A stretch of 64,000 nucleotides of DNA, taken from NCBI GenBank assembly GCA_949358305.1, contig OX442314.1, forward strand, positions 29,202,001 to 29,266,000, read 5' to 3'. This stretch comes from Strigamia acuminata (lineage: Eukaryota). Shown one piece after another: positions 10,901 to 22,504 of the stretch (position 1 is the stretch's first letter; every line of letters begins with the position of its first letter). The translations under genes and the position numbers were made by a program. Under the pieces are notes generated by a model that searched no databases, was not told where the DNA came from, and saw nothing but the letters and a program-made list of their open reading frames with translations.

Positions 10901-13759
10901 ATGTGTATATTTGAGGTCACCACAAAATTTAGTACCGAGATATCTGGATGGGTCGAGCCATGGTGGGCCCGCCGCGGGCCACCGGGCCACCGGAAAATTT
11001 CATACTAATGAAGTAGATTGTCTAGGCAGAGTGTAGAATAGAAAATAATAATAGCATAATTAAGGTAAATTCTGTTTTTTTAGGATGTTATTTTCATAGT
11101 GGGTATGGTGATCTTGATTTATTTCTGTGTTTTTGTTGTAAATAAATATCACCACTTAAAAGATAATTGTGTTATTTTATCTCACAATAGTCTGGCGTGT
11201 GCCAGACTCAGTCATGTGACTTGGGGGAGAAAACTCTCCAAGCACATTTCACCCCAAATTGATTGGGGCTTGCAGCTAATTAACCGTTTTGGTGCAACAG
11301 AATCCTTTGTTGCGCCAAACTGAGCTAATGGCGCAAGTTTACTGTGCAACTCGGAAGTGTGCCAGGCTTGGAACCCCAATTTTGACACACTATTGAATAC
11401 ACACTGAAACAACACACACCTTTCTGGTGTTCTGGCGTGTAACAGTCGTTACACGCTTTTATCTTTGTTTCCGTGACAGAGTCGCACTTTCCATTATTGT
11501 AATTCCCTTTCATTATTTATATTCATTTCATTTGTATAATTACACCCGATTAAAATACTGTTCATTTGATTTAAACCTTACTTGTGTTTGTTTCCCCAAA
11601 ACCCCTAGACAACCCACATTTGATTATAAGTCCTATAAACGGCATTCACATGCGAGTTAACTGAGCTTATTGATTTTAAGTTAGTTGAAATACCCGGATC
11701 GCAACATTAGTTACAGTTTGTGTTCTATGAACAGAACTGATTTTTAGAGAGGGTTTCAAACCCAGGTTGCACCATTTAATAAACAGAGCGAGGGTACGGT
11801 ACATACAATTGTTTAATCTACAAACGTATGTTAATTAACTGAAAGTTGATCATAAATGTTTTTGCAGGCTACTGGAGTAAGAACTAATGTAACATGGAGT
11901 AAAATAGCTATGCCAACTGGAACATGCTTTCAATCTGACATAGGTACACATCTAGACATTTTATATAAATTGTACAAGTACATAAAATATTAATGCGAGA
12001 ATTATCTTGTTGCAGCACCACGGAAATTTGCCTGAACTGCGTCACTAATATTTTTTAGTCTACAACCAGTGAAAGATCAAATATGTAATCAGCATGAGTA
12101 TGAAGTAATGTACAACTCCTTGCCTAATAAATGGAATATTGGTCAAAACAAAGTTCATGTCATGACCAATTTTCATACAATTTTTAAAAGATAACAAAAT
12201 AAAGGAATGAATCATGGTGTTAAGATATGATTCTACATTCGATCATTATTTAGCTACAATTCAGTTAAAAGAGAACTGGAAAATGTTGTTGCAATTTTAA
12301 GTAATCCGTATGGTAAAAATGACAATATAAAGATGGAATATTCAATTCAAAAAATCTGGTAGAATAGTAGCTACCAATATCTGCAATTCCAGATCTTAAT
12401 CAAACTGACTACAAGATTAAACAGATCAGTGTGCCAACTTTTCTGGCGTCATGTACGATGTCTTGATCAATTGTCTAATAGTCCTTCAGTACACATTGGT
12501 TATGGTGACTGTTCTTTATATAATTTTCACCACTGAGAGTATGTGGAAAACGTAACGTAATATACGTTTTAGGAAAAGTCATAGTTAACGGTAAACTGCT
12601 TAGATAAATGGGTTCAATGGTGTAAATAGCCCAGCATTTCTACTGTGGTTATGTTTAGTTACATGTGTAAATGTAGAAGTTGTTTGTAATTGTAATTTCT
12701 TTTGTAGATATACTTTCGACAAAATGATGCTGAATTACCATCAATACTCAGAAGTAGAAGAATTGTTGTAGATAACACCTTAGTCGTTATTACATTTAAA
12801 ATGATTAAAGTAATACATCAGATTATTACATATACACTCTTGAAACATTTGCTCTATTTTAGACCGTTCGATTAAACTTACGAGCACAACTTTGTCTTGA
12901 CCATGTCAAATACAAACGATGCCAGGAAGATTGTTACAAAAAAATGATTTATAATTTTGTTCGATGCAAGTGAGTCATAATTCTTTACAATTGAATGTGA
13001 GCATGTTGTTGCTTGGGCCCTCAAAAATCCAGGAGTTCTAGAGTTAGAAATAAAAATTCTCTACCAGAGTTCAGGGAGTGCGGACTGCACTGGCTTACAC
13101 CATCAATCAGAGTGACATTACAATGCAAAATAAGACTGTCGTGTGTCTATCTCAAATTCTATTGTTATTATTTTAGTCCTTTGTAAATTTAGAATCTAAA
13201 TTTACAAACATTACTAAAGTTTCTGTATGGGCTGGTACAAGAGGACTCGGAGGAGGTCCATGGGGAAAGTCGAAGGGGGTGACACCATGAGTTACTGCAC
13301 CGGGTTGTAATAAGTCTTTATAATTTTAGGCTACCATTTTTGCATAATGCAACAAATAATACCTGTTCAAATGCTGAGGAAGCAATTTCTTCATTACAAC
13401 TATTCATGAAGAATTCCATAAAAGTTGACGGAACGAAAGACTGTGGATGTCATCCACCTTGCGAAGAACAAATATTTGACACTTACGTTTACTTGCAACA
13501 TCCTAAAGCATTTCCACTCAAAGTTCTTGCTATAAGTCCAATCAATAATATAATTGAACAGATTACTCAAATATTATCCTACACTGCAGTTGCATTGTGT
13601 TGCGATATTGGAAATTCTTTTGCACTAATGCTCGGTCTTTCAATTCTTGCAATTCCAGAATTCTTGCAAAAGATAGTAAATCAGTTTACGGTACTTAGAA
13701 TAGATATAAAAGAACACCTCTCATCATATTCTCGAGTTAAAAAAGCCAATTATTATTAA
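4969..13759 (+). CDS. DEG/ENaC (pickpocket-like) gene copy 1 encoding two fused channel units. Probable exons: 4969-5463, 6336-6453, 6516-6595, 6670-~6759, ~6919-7009, 7067-7248, 7311-7987, 11868-11943, 12016-~12105, 12708-12809, 12863-12969, 13330-13759
   Basis: Unit 1: TM1 (RAVWFVVLIVCGTICCYQ...YPEL), thumb Cys pattern C..CYEDC..RC|RLPF..C..CGCLRSCE, TM2 DFGGNLGFSLGLSLLSLIE. Unit 2: TM1 (LILIFTSAILAVYVS...LPNLIAC), TGTCF, C..CQEDC..RC|KLPF..C..CGCHPPCE, TM2 DIGNSFALMLGLSILAIPE. The 6759/6919 junction is not phase-resolved, and an in-frame TGA at 12033 may disable unit 2. Confidence 0.8.
9004..9966. repeat. Long fold-back inverted repeat (~460 bp arms) containing two convergent tRNA-like heads
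   Basis: The arm starting GACCACAGGAGTGTGTCCCTC... is the reverse complement of ...GAGGGACACACTCCTGCGGTC; centre at ~9460-9480. Each arm has A-box-like TGGTCCAGT(C/G)GTTAAGG and B-box-like G(G/A)TTCAAATCC. Confidence 0.85.
10013..10679. mobile_element. CCCAG/CTGGG-terminated non-autonomous elements rich in TTCTGCAGAA palindromes (two inverted units, ~10013-10296 and 10513-10679)
   Basis: CAGGAGAATAAGGTTCTGCAGAATTCTGC mirrors GCAGAATTCTGCAGAACCTTTTTCTCCTGGG; inner ends TTTTTTTATCTGGG and CCCAGGTAAAAAAAATCTGCAG. Confidence 0.65.
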
Positions 13760-13790
13760 TTATCAATTACTGTACTTGCACAGTGTTTAT

Positions 13791-13969
13791 CTAAACTCTA
13801 TTCCAAAAAGTATTACAAATACTCCCATTGGTTGGGAGATTCACAGTTCAGTTGTGTCTTGAATATGATGCTGTTTTCAGATTCCAGTAGACTTGTGCGA
13901 AGATTTTTAAAGTGTCTCAACCAACCAACCAATGGGAGTATTTGTAATACTTTTTGGAATAGAGTTTAG
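13791..13969. mobile_element. Small MITE / hairpin with ~45 bp perfect inverted repeats just 3' of the DEG/ENaC stop codon
   Basis: CTAAACTCTATTCCAAAAAGTATTACAAATACTCCCATTGGTTGG ... CCAACCAATGGGAGTATTTGTAATACTTTTTGGAATAGAGTTTAG. Confidence 0.8.
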
Positions 13970-15394
13970 TTTCAGTGACTAAAACAATCTGTAGGTAAAA
14001 AATAGCTACAGTTTTTTAGTACAGCACCCTACTTTTTGGTGTTTAACGCTTCTCCATGCATTGCCTCTAGAAAAACTAGAATAGTTTTAACTGTTTAATA
14101 TGTAGGGAAATCGTTAGAATTTTAATGCCTGTCGAATCATTTAAAGTTTAACTAGGTGCGTTTAGAAAAATCTGCTCGACTATGTATTTTTGCACATGAC
14201 GTAATTTACGTCGTATTTTACTTAAGTTAGTCCATTTATTTTGATTAACTTTAAAGCAAGGGGGTTGTGTCAGTTCTTTAACTTACCTTTTTCTTCATAA
14301 AAGCAAACTTCAAGTATTTGCCTAACCAATTTGAATGCTCCTTGTAATTCCCTATTGAATGATCTTAAACACATAATTACTCACTTGTATAATTCTATAT
14401 TTCTTCATCTTTTGATAGATTTTTCTTCTTCTGTTAATTGACTCAAAAACGTTGTTTACTTCATCAATTTTGACTTGCTGAATGTTTGTTTAGAGTCACA
14501 TTATATTTATGCTAATCTTAAACTACTTATTGAATTTATTTACTCTTTCATTTTGAAAAATTCACTATTGTTGATAATTAAAATGAGTTTTTAAAAATTG
14601 TTAACATTTAAGTTCGAATTAAATTTATCTTTGAAAACTTGAACATTGTCGGCACCTCGGTAAAATTACTATTGTAATCACTTTCTTTTAATTATTCTAA
14701 ATAACACAATAATGACACTTATGGGACACAAATAATTCATAAGCTAAAATACATTTTATTCATAGGCTCTATAGGCACACTGAAAAAAATTAAGAAGAAA
14801 TAAAGAAAGAAATAATTCTCACTAGATGGCGGAATACCAATGCGCGCATGTGTAATTTTATTTGTTTCACTTTCTGTATTCCGTAATATGATGAATATGT
14901 ATCCTGTTGTTATCCCAAGCATTAAAACACGAATTCAAGTGTTATTCAGACTATTATTTGACTGAAAATTTACCACTAGCTTTGTCTAAAAATAGCCGCG
15001 AATGAGATTAGGGCTAACAAAACGACAATCGGTCGCCCGACCAATCCCAACGCAGGCAACAAAACCGCTTTTATCGTCTCATTGGTTATTACCGGGAAAA
15101 ATTTCCTCTCGCCATGCATTTTTCCCGGGAACATTTTCTCTTGCTTTGTGCCCCCCGGTGGGGCCTTTACGAACCAAGAATCAAATGTCAAATGCCTTGG
15201 GATTGTTGTTTTGTTAGGCCTAATCTCAAGGTATAAATTACATTACATTATTTTCTATCGGTGAATTCTCGTATCAAATACACCTCGCGCTTGAGTAATT
15301 GTCGGGATTAGGTCAGCACTCATCTTCTTGTCAGATAAGATTCGTGCTGACCTAATTATCCCGACAATTACACGTCGCGCTTATTGCCTATGAT

Positions 15395-16473
15395 TAAGCT
15401 TGTTAATCCGATCCGACCCATCCGCCAATCCGCGGATCGGATCGGATCGGATCGGATGCGGATCGTATCGAAATATCCGGCCGCCATTTTTTTGCGGATC
15501 GGTTCGGCGGTCCATCCGCACGGTCAATCCGCGGATGAGAATCCGCTGATCCGCGGATTGATCCGAGCCATCTGCACGTGCGACGTTTTCTTCGTTTTTT
15601 GATTAAAAACGAAGAAAGCGTTGATTCGTGAAGAAAACGTCGGACGTTTTCTTAGTTTTTTGATTAAAAACGAAGAAAGCGTTTTCACCAAATTTGCAGA
15701 TTCACCAAATTTGCCCCGAATTCAATAGTTTTGAATTCGGGGCAAATTTGGTGAATCTGCACGTGGGACAAGATCAAGAATCTTTTATTTTATAACAATA
15801 AATAACAGTATTAGGAATTTAGGATTCCTAATACTGTTATAAAATTCAAAAGGATTTTTATCCATTTCATTTTTTGCAATGAAATGAATAAAATTATATT
15901 GTTCTTTATTGATTGTTTTAAATCGTATAAGTTTTAATTGTATTTTTTTTTACAATCGTGTGTCGTGTCTCGTGTGTTCGTGTCGTATCCAAGATTCTTT
16001 CTACCCAAATCGCCGCAAACTCGAATGAATGATCGTGATTCGATTCGTGAAGAAAACGTCTCACATTTTCTTGGTTTTAAAAAAAAAATGTGAGACGTTT
16101 TCTTCACGTATCACGAATATTATTCGTGAATCATGATACGTGAAGAAAACATCGCACGTTTTCTTCGTTTTGATTAAAAACGAAGAAAGCGTTTTCACCA
16201 AATTTGCCCCGAATTCAAAACTATTGAATTCGGGGCAAATTTGGTGAATCTGAATTGAATTAAAGTCTGGAAAAAATAAAAGCAAAAAAAGAATTAAATC
16301 CGCAAATCGATCCGACCTATCCGCGGATCGGATCGGATTGGACGAAGATTGATCCGGATTGTGCGGTTCATCCGCACGGATCGGATCGGATTGCTTTTTC
16401 GGCAATCCGCGAGATTCGGATCGGATGCGGATTACCCGTGGATCCGCACCGATCCGATCCGTTAACAAGCTTA
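15395..16473. mobile_element. hAT-type MITE
   Basis: TIR TAAGCTTGTTAA...TTAACAAGCTTA, 8-bp TSD CCTATGAT (15387-15394 and 16474-16481), subterminal GATCCG/CGGATC repeats, no transposase. Confidence 0.9.
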
Positions 16474-16709
16474 CCTATGATAACACCACAATATGGTAGC
16501 AGGAAGTTGGTTCAACTTTAACCATTAACTTAAAACGAAATAACGAGCCACGTACGTGCAAAACAACGACAAGACGAGTAATAGACTAATTAAAGTAATC
16601 AAAGTAATAAACTAATCGTTCATTTAATGAAACCCCTTAATGTAGTGACACTAATATTGAGTCACTGAACGATAAAAACTATTTATTTTGGTCAACAAAG
16701 ATTGAGGCC

Positions 16710-17070
16710 AAATTAAAAGGCCTAAAACTGTGGAAAACTATCATTCTGGCAACAGAGCCACCCCGTGGTGTTCATGATAAGCAGATCATGATGCAAAAGA
16801 ACTAAAGTGGAATGAATGGGATGACAACAACTCATCAGCATATGACACTGTGATCATAGGGAATTTGTCAGGATGACAAGTGCTTAAATATAGAGTTGAA
16901 AAAGATACAAAAACTCTGTGTAATGTCATAAAAGCTAACATGGTGGGCCAAACCAAACAATTATAAGTGTGTGAGATTAGCACACATTACAATGGAAAAA
17001 GGAGAAACAACTGATCAATACCTCAATAGAGTGAAAGCAACTGCAAATGAATGTGAAGAACTTGTGACAA
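16710..17070 (+). pseudogene. Decayed copia-like gag fragment
   Basis: Frameshifted/stop-containing translation LKLWKTII...KWNEWDDNNSSAYDTV...MEKGETTDQYLNRVKATANECEEL resembles the N-terminal Gag of copia elements (compare 18539 ORF: WEKAETATKFLQRVESTVNQL). Confidence 0.5.
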
Positions 17071-18386
17071 TCATGCAGTTTTACTCAATATGATGAAGAA
17101 TTTCGTCAGTAGATGTTGCTGTTAGTATTTAGCGGCAAATTCAACTATTTGAATAGGAATTCAAACTTGACATTAAAATCACATAAAAGTTGTGTTTTAT
17201 GTGAATTTATAGAAAGGATAAGATTTTGATATATTTATTCAAGTAAATACCGGTAAGCTTATATCTCTTTGGGTTGTTACGATAATTTTCTGAGAAATTA
17301 TCATAAACTATACTCTAACCAACTATCGATAGTGTGAGTTGAGAGTGCAGTTTTGTTGTTGTTTGTATTTGCTGTGAGTATTGGTTTGTGATTCCAGAAT
17401 TATGAGATACTCTATGTTGTGGGAACATAGATTCCAACTGCCAAAAAGTTTACTGAAATATGAATATACAAGTACTGCTATTACTTCTATGTTGCTGTTG
17501 TGGTTTTTATAACTTAATATTAATATTTTATGTGTGTACACTTTCAAACCAAAATTATAAATTCGATTTGGAAGAAACCTGTCAGGATAAAATAATAACA
17601 CGGAAAATGAGGCATCATTTTGACAAGCTAGAATTAAAAAACACAACTGTCAGAGCTAAGATCAGAAACATACCGTAATCGTTATTTCTCTGGCAACTGT
17701 ATGAGAAAACATTAGACATTAGAACGTTTGAGGCTTCAGGTACGATACTTATTAGGTATTTGGTCCACAAATACATGAGTCAGTTTGCCGAGCTGTGCAT
17801 TAAGGTAAGTGCGGTACAATATAATTTCTTCTTAACAAAATTTCTACCTACCTAATATTCACTAAATTTGGGTCATAGTTTCTCTGAATTATTTCTTACA
17901 GTTAAACAAAGTATACATTCTGACCGAAATTGGTTAAGAAAGACTTAAAAATACAAGAAAACGATACAAAAAGACAATTTAGCGCGCAATTCAAAATAGT
18001 TGGAAATACAGTACTTTAATAACAGTAATGAAGGAAGTTTATTATATTAAATAAACTCAACAATTATTATGTAAGATATTAGGTGCATTCAATTCTAAAG
18101 AGTTTTCCTCGTTTTCCCCGTTTTCGCCGTTTTCCCAGACCGGAAGTAGATGCATTTTGTTATATTTGTATGTCACCAGGCCCAATGTGCCTAAAATCCC
18201 GAATGAGGGTCTCCTACCACTAGGGGGAGTTGGGTGTATTTTTGCCGCTTGTGACCAATGACGTAACGTGAACGTACTTCCGGTCACTTGTTATTCATGA
18301 GACGGCGTGCGCTTAATCTCGTATGCGAATAAAACCTCTCATATCTTATCATCCACGGGAATCCAGTCTTTTCCAAATACAACAAA

Positions 18387-18404
18387 GGGTTATGGGTCAC
18401 AGCA
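18387..18404 (+). promoter_or_regulatory. Copia primer-binding site, imperfect complement of the anticodon-arm region of initiator tRNA-Met (half-tRNA priming type)
   Basis: GGGTTATGGGTCACAGCA versus the classic copia PBS GGTTATGGGCCCAG, immediately after the 5' LTR. Confidence 0.75.
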
Positions 18405-18538
18405 TCTAACACTGCGTGAGTTTTTGCATCTCGTATCGACTTTTCCGGGCGTTTTGACGAAGGAGTGACCACTGACCGGACCACGAGACGTTAGGCCTAA
18501 TTTCCAACGCGTGGTAGATCGCCAATCAACCTTCAAAA

Positions 18539-21500
18539 ATGGCGGACAGAGATGCGATGAGGATCGAAAAGCTGGAGGATGAAAACTACGCCACGTGGGC
18601 GTTCAAAATGCGAGTATTCCTGAAGAAGTCGGAATGGTGGACGGTCATCGTCGACGAGGCACCTGTAAACGGACCTGCGGCGGCGAGAAACGCGTGGCGT
18701 GGCAAGGACGAAAAGGCCATAAACGCGATCGTCCAGGCCTTGTCGCCAGCGCAGACAGTGTACGTGATAAACAAAGACACGGCACGCGAATGCTGGGAGA
18801 AACTGGAGGAAATCCACCGAGGGCGAGCGCGCCAAAGACAGACTATTTTGCGTCGAGAGCTGACCAAAACGAGGTGGGAAAAAGCTGAGACGGCCACGAA
18901 GTTCCTGCAACGTGTGGAGTCGACGGTGAACCAGTTACGAGCTGTTGGCGGCGAAATTTCGGAGCAAGAGGTGGGAACTTTAATAATACAAAACCTGCCA
19001 AAAGCATACCACAGCATCCAGAGAGCGTTTGACATGTGCGACGAAGATGAGGTGACGATGGTCAAGCTGCGGCACATGATCATACAGGAGGAATCGCGAC
19101 AAACTGGAGACGATGAAGTGGTCGAGAAACTGCATAAAGTGAACCTGTCCAGCCGCACGAAGAACAACTATCGGGGCGGCGAACGAAACGGTGACCACGA
19201 CGGAAAACGAGACCTAAAACACGTGAAGTGTTTCAATTGCCAAAAATTCGGGCACATGGCCAGAGATTGTCGCGGCCAGAAGGAGAACGACGGAAGACGC
19301 CAAAATAATTCCAAGCAGACGAAAACAAACGCGAGGAGGGACCAGCAGCCAGACGCCAACGCCAAAGCTGTGAAAGCCCGACCAGAATTTGCTTTTCAGG
19401 TCAGAATCGACCAAACGGAAGGACGGCAATGGAACCTCGACTCTGGGGCGACGAGACACATGACGGCGAACAGGGACTTTTTCGAATCGTTCGTGGCAGA
19501 TGACGGAAGTCGAAAGGTGACGCTGGCAGATGGGCGCCAAATCCCAATCATGGGCTGCGGGAACGTGAAATTCATTACGAACGACGCTGACTTGGTCGCG
19601 AAGGAGGTACTGTACATTCCTGATTTAAATGACAATTTAATTTCGGTGCCAAAACTCGACGACGCGGGTTTACTCGTTGCTTTCGGAAGCGGGAAGTGTA
19701 CGATATCGAGCGGGGACCGAATGATAATGACTGCTACGAAGATCGGGGACGTGTATAGACTGAACGTGGAGACCGTGGTGACCGCGCAAGCTAACACGTG
19801 CCAACAGTCGACCGAGATCGATGTGTGGCACAACCGAATGTGCCATTTGAACACGGCAACACTGGCGAAAATGCACGAAACGGGTGCAGTTTACGGTTTG
19901 GGGCCAATACAGAAGGACGGGCGGGCATGCGACGAGTGTGCAGCCGGGAAAATGGCCAGAAAACCATTCAAAACGATCGTGAGCGACCAATCGACCAAAA
20001 TATTGGAACTCATGCACATGGATCTGTGCGGGCCGCTGACAGAGACGATTGGGGACAGTCGATATTTGTTTTTGCTAATAGACGACTTCAGTCGCAAGAT
20101 GTTTGTCTATTTTATTAGGTCGAAGTCGGACGTTTTCGAGAACTTTAAAGAGTTTGTGGCGGCTGTGGAACGCGAAACCGACACGAAACTTAAACGTATC
20201 CGGTCCGACAACGGGGGCGAGTTCGTCAACCACGAAATGGACGAGTTCATGAAATCAAACGGCGTCCACCACGAGCTTACGGTGCCATTCTCACCTGCCC
20301 AAAACGGCATCGCTGAACGCGGCAACAGAACGCTGATGGAGGCAGCACGCACGATGCTGACGGCGGCGGCTTTGCCTTCCAAATTCTGGGCGGAGGCAGT
20401 CGCGACGGCCGCACACGTGCGCAACAGATGCTCGACAAGAGGAAACGGGGACAAGATTCCACAAGAACTTTGGAGCGGACGGAAGCAGCAAGTTGGCTAT
20501 TTTCGAATATTTGGCTGTGCTGCGCAGATGTGGATCCATAATTCCAAACGAAAGAAATTGGACGCAAAGTCGAAACCTGTCATTTCTATGGGTTACTGCG
20601 TCAACAGAAAGGGCTACCGAGTCTACGACCCGAAAACTGAGAAGCTAGAGCCGACACGCGACTTGAAATTCAACGAGGCGAGATGGGGCGGAGAAATGCT
20701 GACTTCGCCTCAAGGTTCGAATTTCGTATCGCCGTACGACGCCGAGCAAGAGACCGGGGAGCAGACAACAGACAATTCAGAGCCCAACGAAACGGACAAC
20801 GGTGCCACCGAAGACGAGGAGTCCACCACTGGAAACGGTGACGGAGACGACGAAGAAGCTAACGAAAACACGACAACACGCAAATCAAAGCGCATCAAGA
20901 AGAAGCCAGACCGACTGGTGGTGCAGCCAAGAGGCGCCACATACTGCAAGAGCGTGAAGCACGTCGAGCCAAACACCGTGGTCCAAGCGCAGGACTCCCC
21001 GGAACACAAGAAGTGGGAAAGCGCGATCCAGGAGGAACTGAAATCTCACGAGGAATTCAAGACGTGGAGACTGGTAAAAAAAACCGTTGCAACAAATGTG
21101 CTGAAGTCAAGATGGGTCTTTAAAATCAAGAAGAACCAGCAGGGCGAGATCGAGCGTTACAAAGCCAGATTGGTGGCCGTCGGATGCGGACAACGGCCGG
21201 GACTGGATTACGAGGACACACACTCACCTGTAATGCGACTTGCGAGCCTGCGACTACTTCTAGCCATTGCTGTCCAACAAAACTGGCGCGTACGACAATA
21301 CGACGTGAAAACGGCGTACCTGCACGGGAAACTGCTTGAGAAGGTGTACATGGAACAACCACCCGGGAACGAGGAACGAGACCGAGAAGAGTGGGTGTGC
21401 GAGCTTCTAAAAGCCATCTACGGACTCAAGCAAGCCGGGCGCACGTGGTATCTGACACTCGACAAAATACTTCGAAAGAATGGATTCCGACGACTGTACG

Positions 21501-22504
21501 CGGATGAAGGCGTGTACGTGCTCAACAACGCAAGCGGGACAACAATATTGGGGATTTTCGTCGACGACATGTTGAATGTGACGTCAAATATCGGGATCGA
21601 AGATTGGACGGCGGACTTGCTGAGAAAATCGGTCGAAATCAAGGATTTGGGCACACCAACAAGAATTTTGGGACTTGATGTGGAATGCGACGTTGCAAAT
21701 GGATCGATTACTGTGTCGCAGGAAGCCTACATCGAGGAGGTGCTAGAAAGTTTCCAGATGGGACCATGCAAGCCAGTGTCGACGCCAATGGTCAAGCACG
21801 ACCAACCGAAGCCCGAGGACGACATAAATCCAGACGAGGTGCCGTACCAGAGCCTGATGGGGTCGCTAATGTACCTCGTGCAGGGAACGAGGCCCGACAT
21901 CGCTTACGCGACACACTACCTTTGCCGGTATAATCACAACCACGGGTTGTCCCACTGGAAGATGGGGAAAAGAATTCTACGCTACCTAAAAGGGACGAAA
22001 GGAAAGAAATTGCGATTCGTACGAAACGAAGATCAGATGACAGGATACGTGGACGCGAGCTGGAACTGCAACACCGAGGACGCTAAATCGACTACCGGAT
22101 TTATTTTTCTACTTGCAGGGGCCGGCGTAGTATGGAAGTCATCGAAGCAGACGTGTGTCGGGATGTCGAGCTGCGAGTCAGCATTCATCGCCATTAGCGA
22201 GGCGGTGAAAGAGGGACTTTGGCTCAAGAAATTTCTGGAGGAGCTGGGACTGAGCGAACTGATGGGCGACGCCGCGAGACTATACACCGACAGCGAATCG
22301 GCCGAGATGTTGGCGCGAGGACTGGCGCAGCATCAGCGATCGAAACACATTAATTTGCGTTATTGTTTTATAAAGGACGAGGTCGAGAACGGAGAAGTGG
22401 AGTTGCTGCACGCGGGAACCGACAAGATGGTCGCGGATATGCTGACGAAGGCGGTGACCTTGCAGAAGCAGTGCTGGTGTTCAAAGATGTGTGGACTGGA
22501 TTAA
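18539..22504 (+). CDS. Copia Gag-Pol polyprotein (Gag, CCHC knuckle, PR, IN, RT, RNase H)
   Basis: CFNCQKFGHMARDC; WNLDSGATRHM; WHNRMCH..CDEC; HMDLCGP/RSDNGGEF/QNGIAER; FVDDML; GYVDASW; IN precedes RT. Confidence 0.97.
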   Translation: MADRDAMRIEKLEDENYATWAFKMRVFLKKSEWWTVIVDEAPVNGPAAARNAWRGKDEKAINAIVQALSPAQTVYVINKDTARECWEKLEEIHRGRARQRQTILRRELTKTRWEKAETATKFLQRVESTVNQLRAVGGEISEQEVGTLIIQNLPKAYHSIQRAFDMCDEDEVTMVKLRHMIIQEESRQTGDDEVVEKLHKVNLSSRTKNNYRGGERNGDHDGKRDLKHVKCFNCQKFGHMARDCRGQKENDGRRQNNSKQTKTNARRDQQPDANAKAVKARPEFAFQVRIDQTEGRQWNLDSGATRHMTANRDFFESFVADDGSRKVTLADGRQIPIMGCGNVKFITNDADLVAKEVLYIPDLNDNLISVPKLDDAGLLVAFGSGKCTISSGDRMIMTATKIGDVYRLNVETVVTAQANTCQQSTEIDVWHNRMCHLNTATLAKMHETGAVYGLGPIQKDGRACDECAAGKMARKPFKTIVSDQSTKILELMHMDLCGPLTETIGDSRYLFLLIDDFSRKMFVYFIRSKSDVFENFKEFVAAVERETDTKLKRIRSDNGGEFVNHEMDEFMKSNGVHHELTVPFSPAQNGIAERGNRTLMEAARTMLTAAALPSKFWAEAVATAAHVRNRCSTRGNGDKIPQELWSGRKQQVGYFRIFGCAAQMWIHNSKRKKLDAKSKPVISMGYCVNRKGYRVYDPKTEKLEPTRDLKFNEARWGGEMLTSPQGSNFVSPYDAEQETGEQTTDNSEPNETDNGATEDEESTTGNGDGDDEEANENTTTRKSKRIKKKPDRLVVQPRGATYCKSVKHVEPNTVVQAQDSPEHKKWESAIQEELKSHEEFKTWRLVKKTVATNVLKSRWVFKIKKNQQGEIERYKARLVAVGCGQRPGLDYEDTHSPVMRLASLRLLLAIAVQQNWRVRQYDVKTAYLHGKLLEKVYMEQPPGNEERDREEWVCELLKAIYGLKQAGRTWYLTLDKILRKNGFRRLYADEGVYVLNNASGTTILGIFVDDMLNVTSNIGIEDWTADLLRKSVEIKDLGTPTRILGLDVECDVANGSITVSQEAYIEEVLESFQMGPCKPVSTPMVKHDQPKPEDDINPDEVPYQSLMGSLMYLVQGTRPDIAYATHYLCRYNHNHGLSHWKMGKRILRYLKGTKGKKLRFVRNEDQMTGYVDASWNCNTEDAKSTTGFIFLLAGAGVVWKSSKQTCVGMSSCESAFIAISEAVKEGLWLKKFLEELGLSELMGDAARLYTDSESAEMLARGLAQHQRSKHINLRYCFIKDEVENGEVELLHAGTDKMVADMLTKAVTLQKQCWCSKMCGLD

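Noticed and set aside
17330..17810. Possible host gene fragment (MNIQVLLLLLCCCC...)
   Set aside because: Short, interrupted by stops, no recognisable family motif.
18533..22287. Many antisense/overlapping ORFs in the copia element (similarly within gypsy pol and ORF3 regions)
   Set aside because: Shadow ORFs of GC-rich coding sequence with no motifs.
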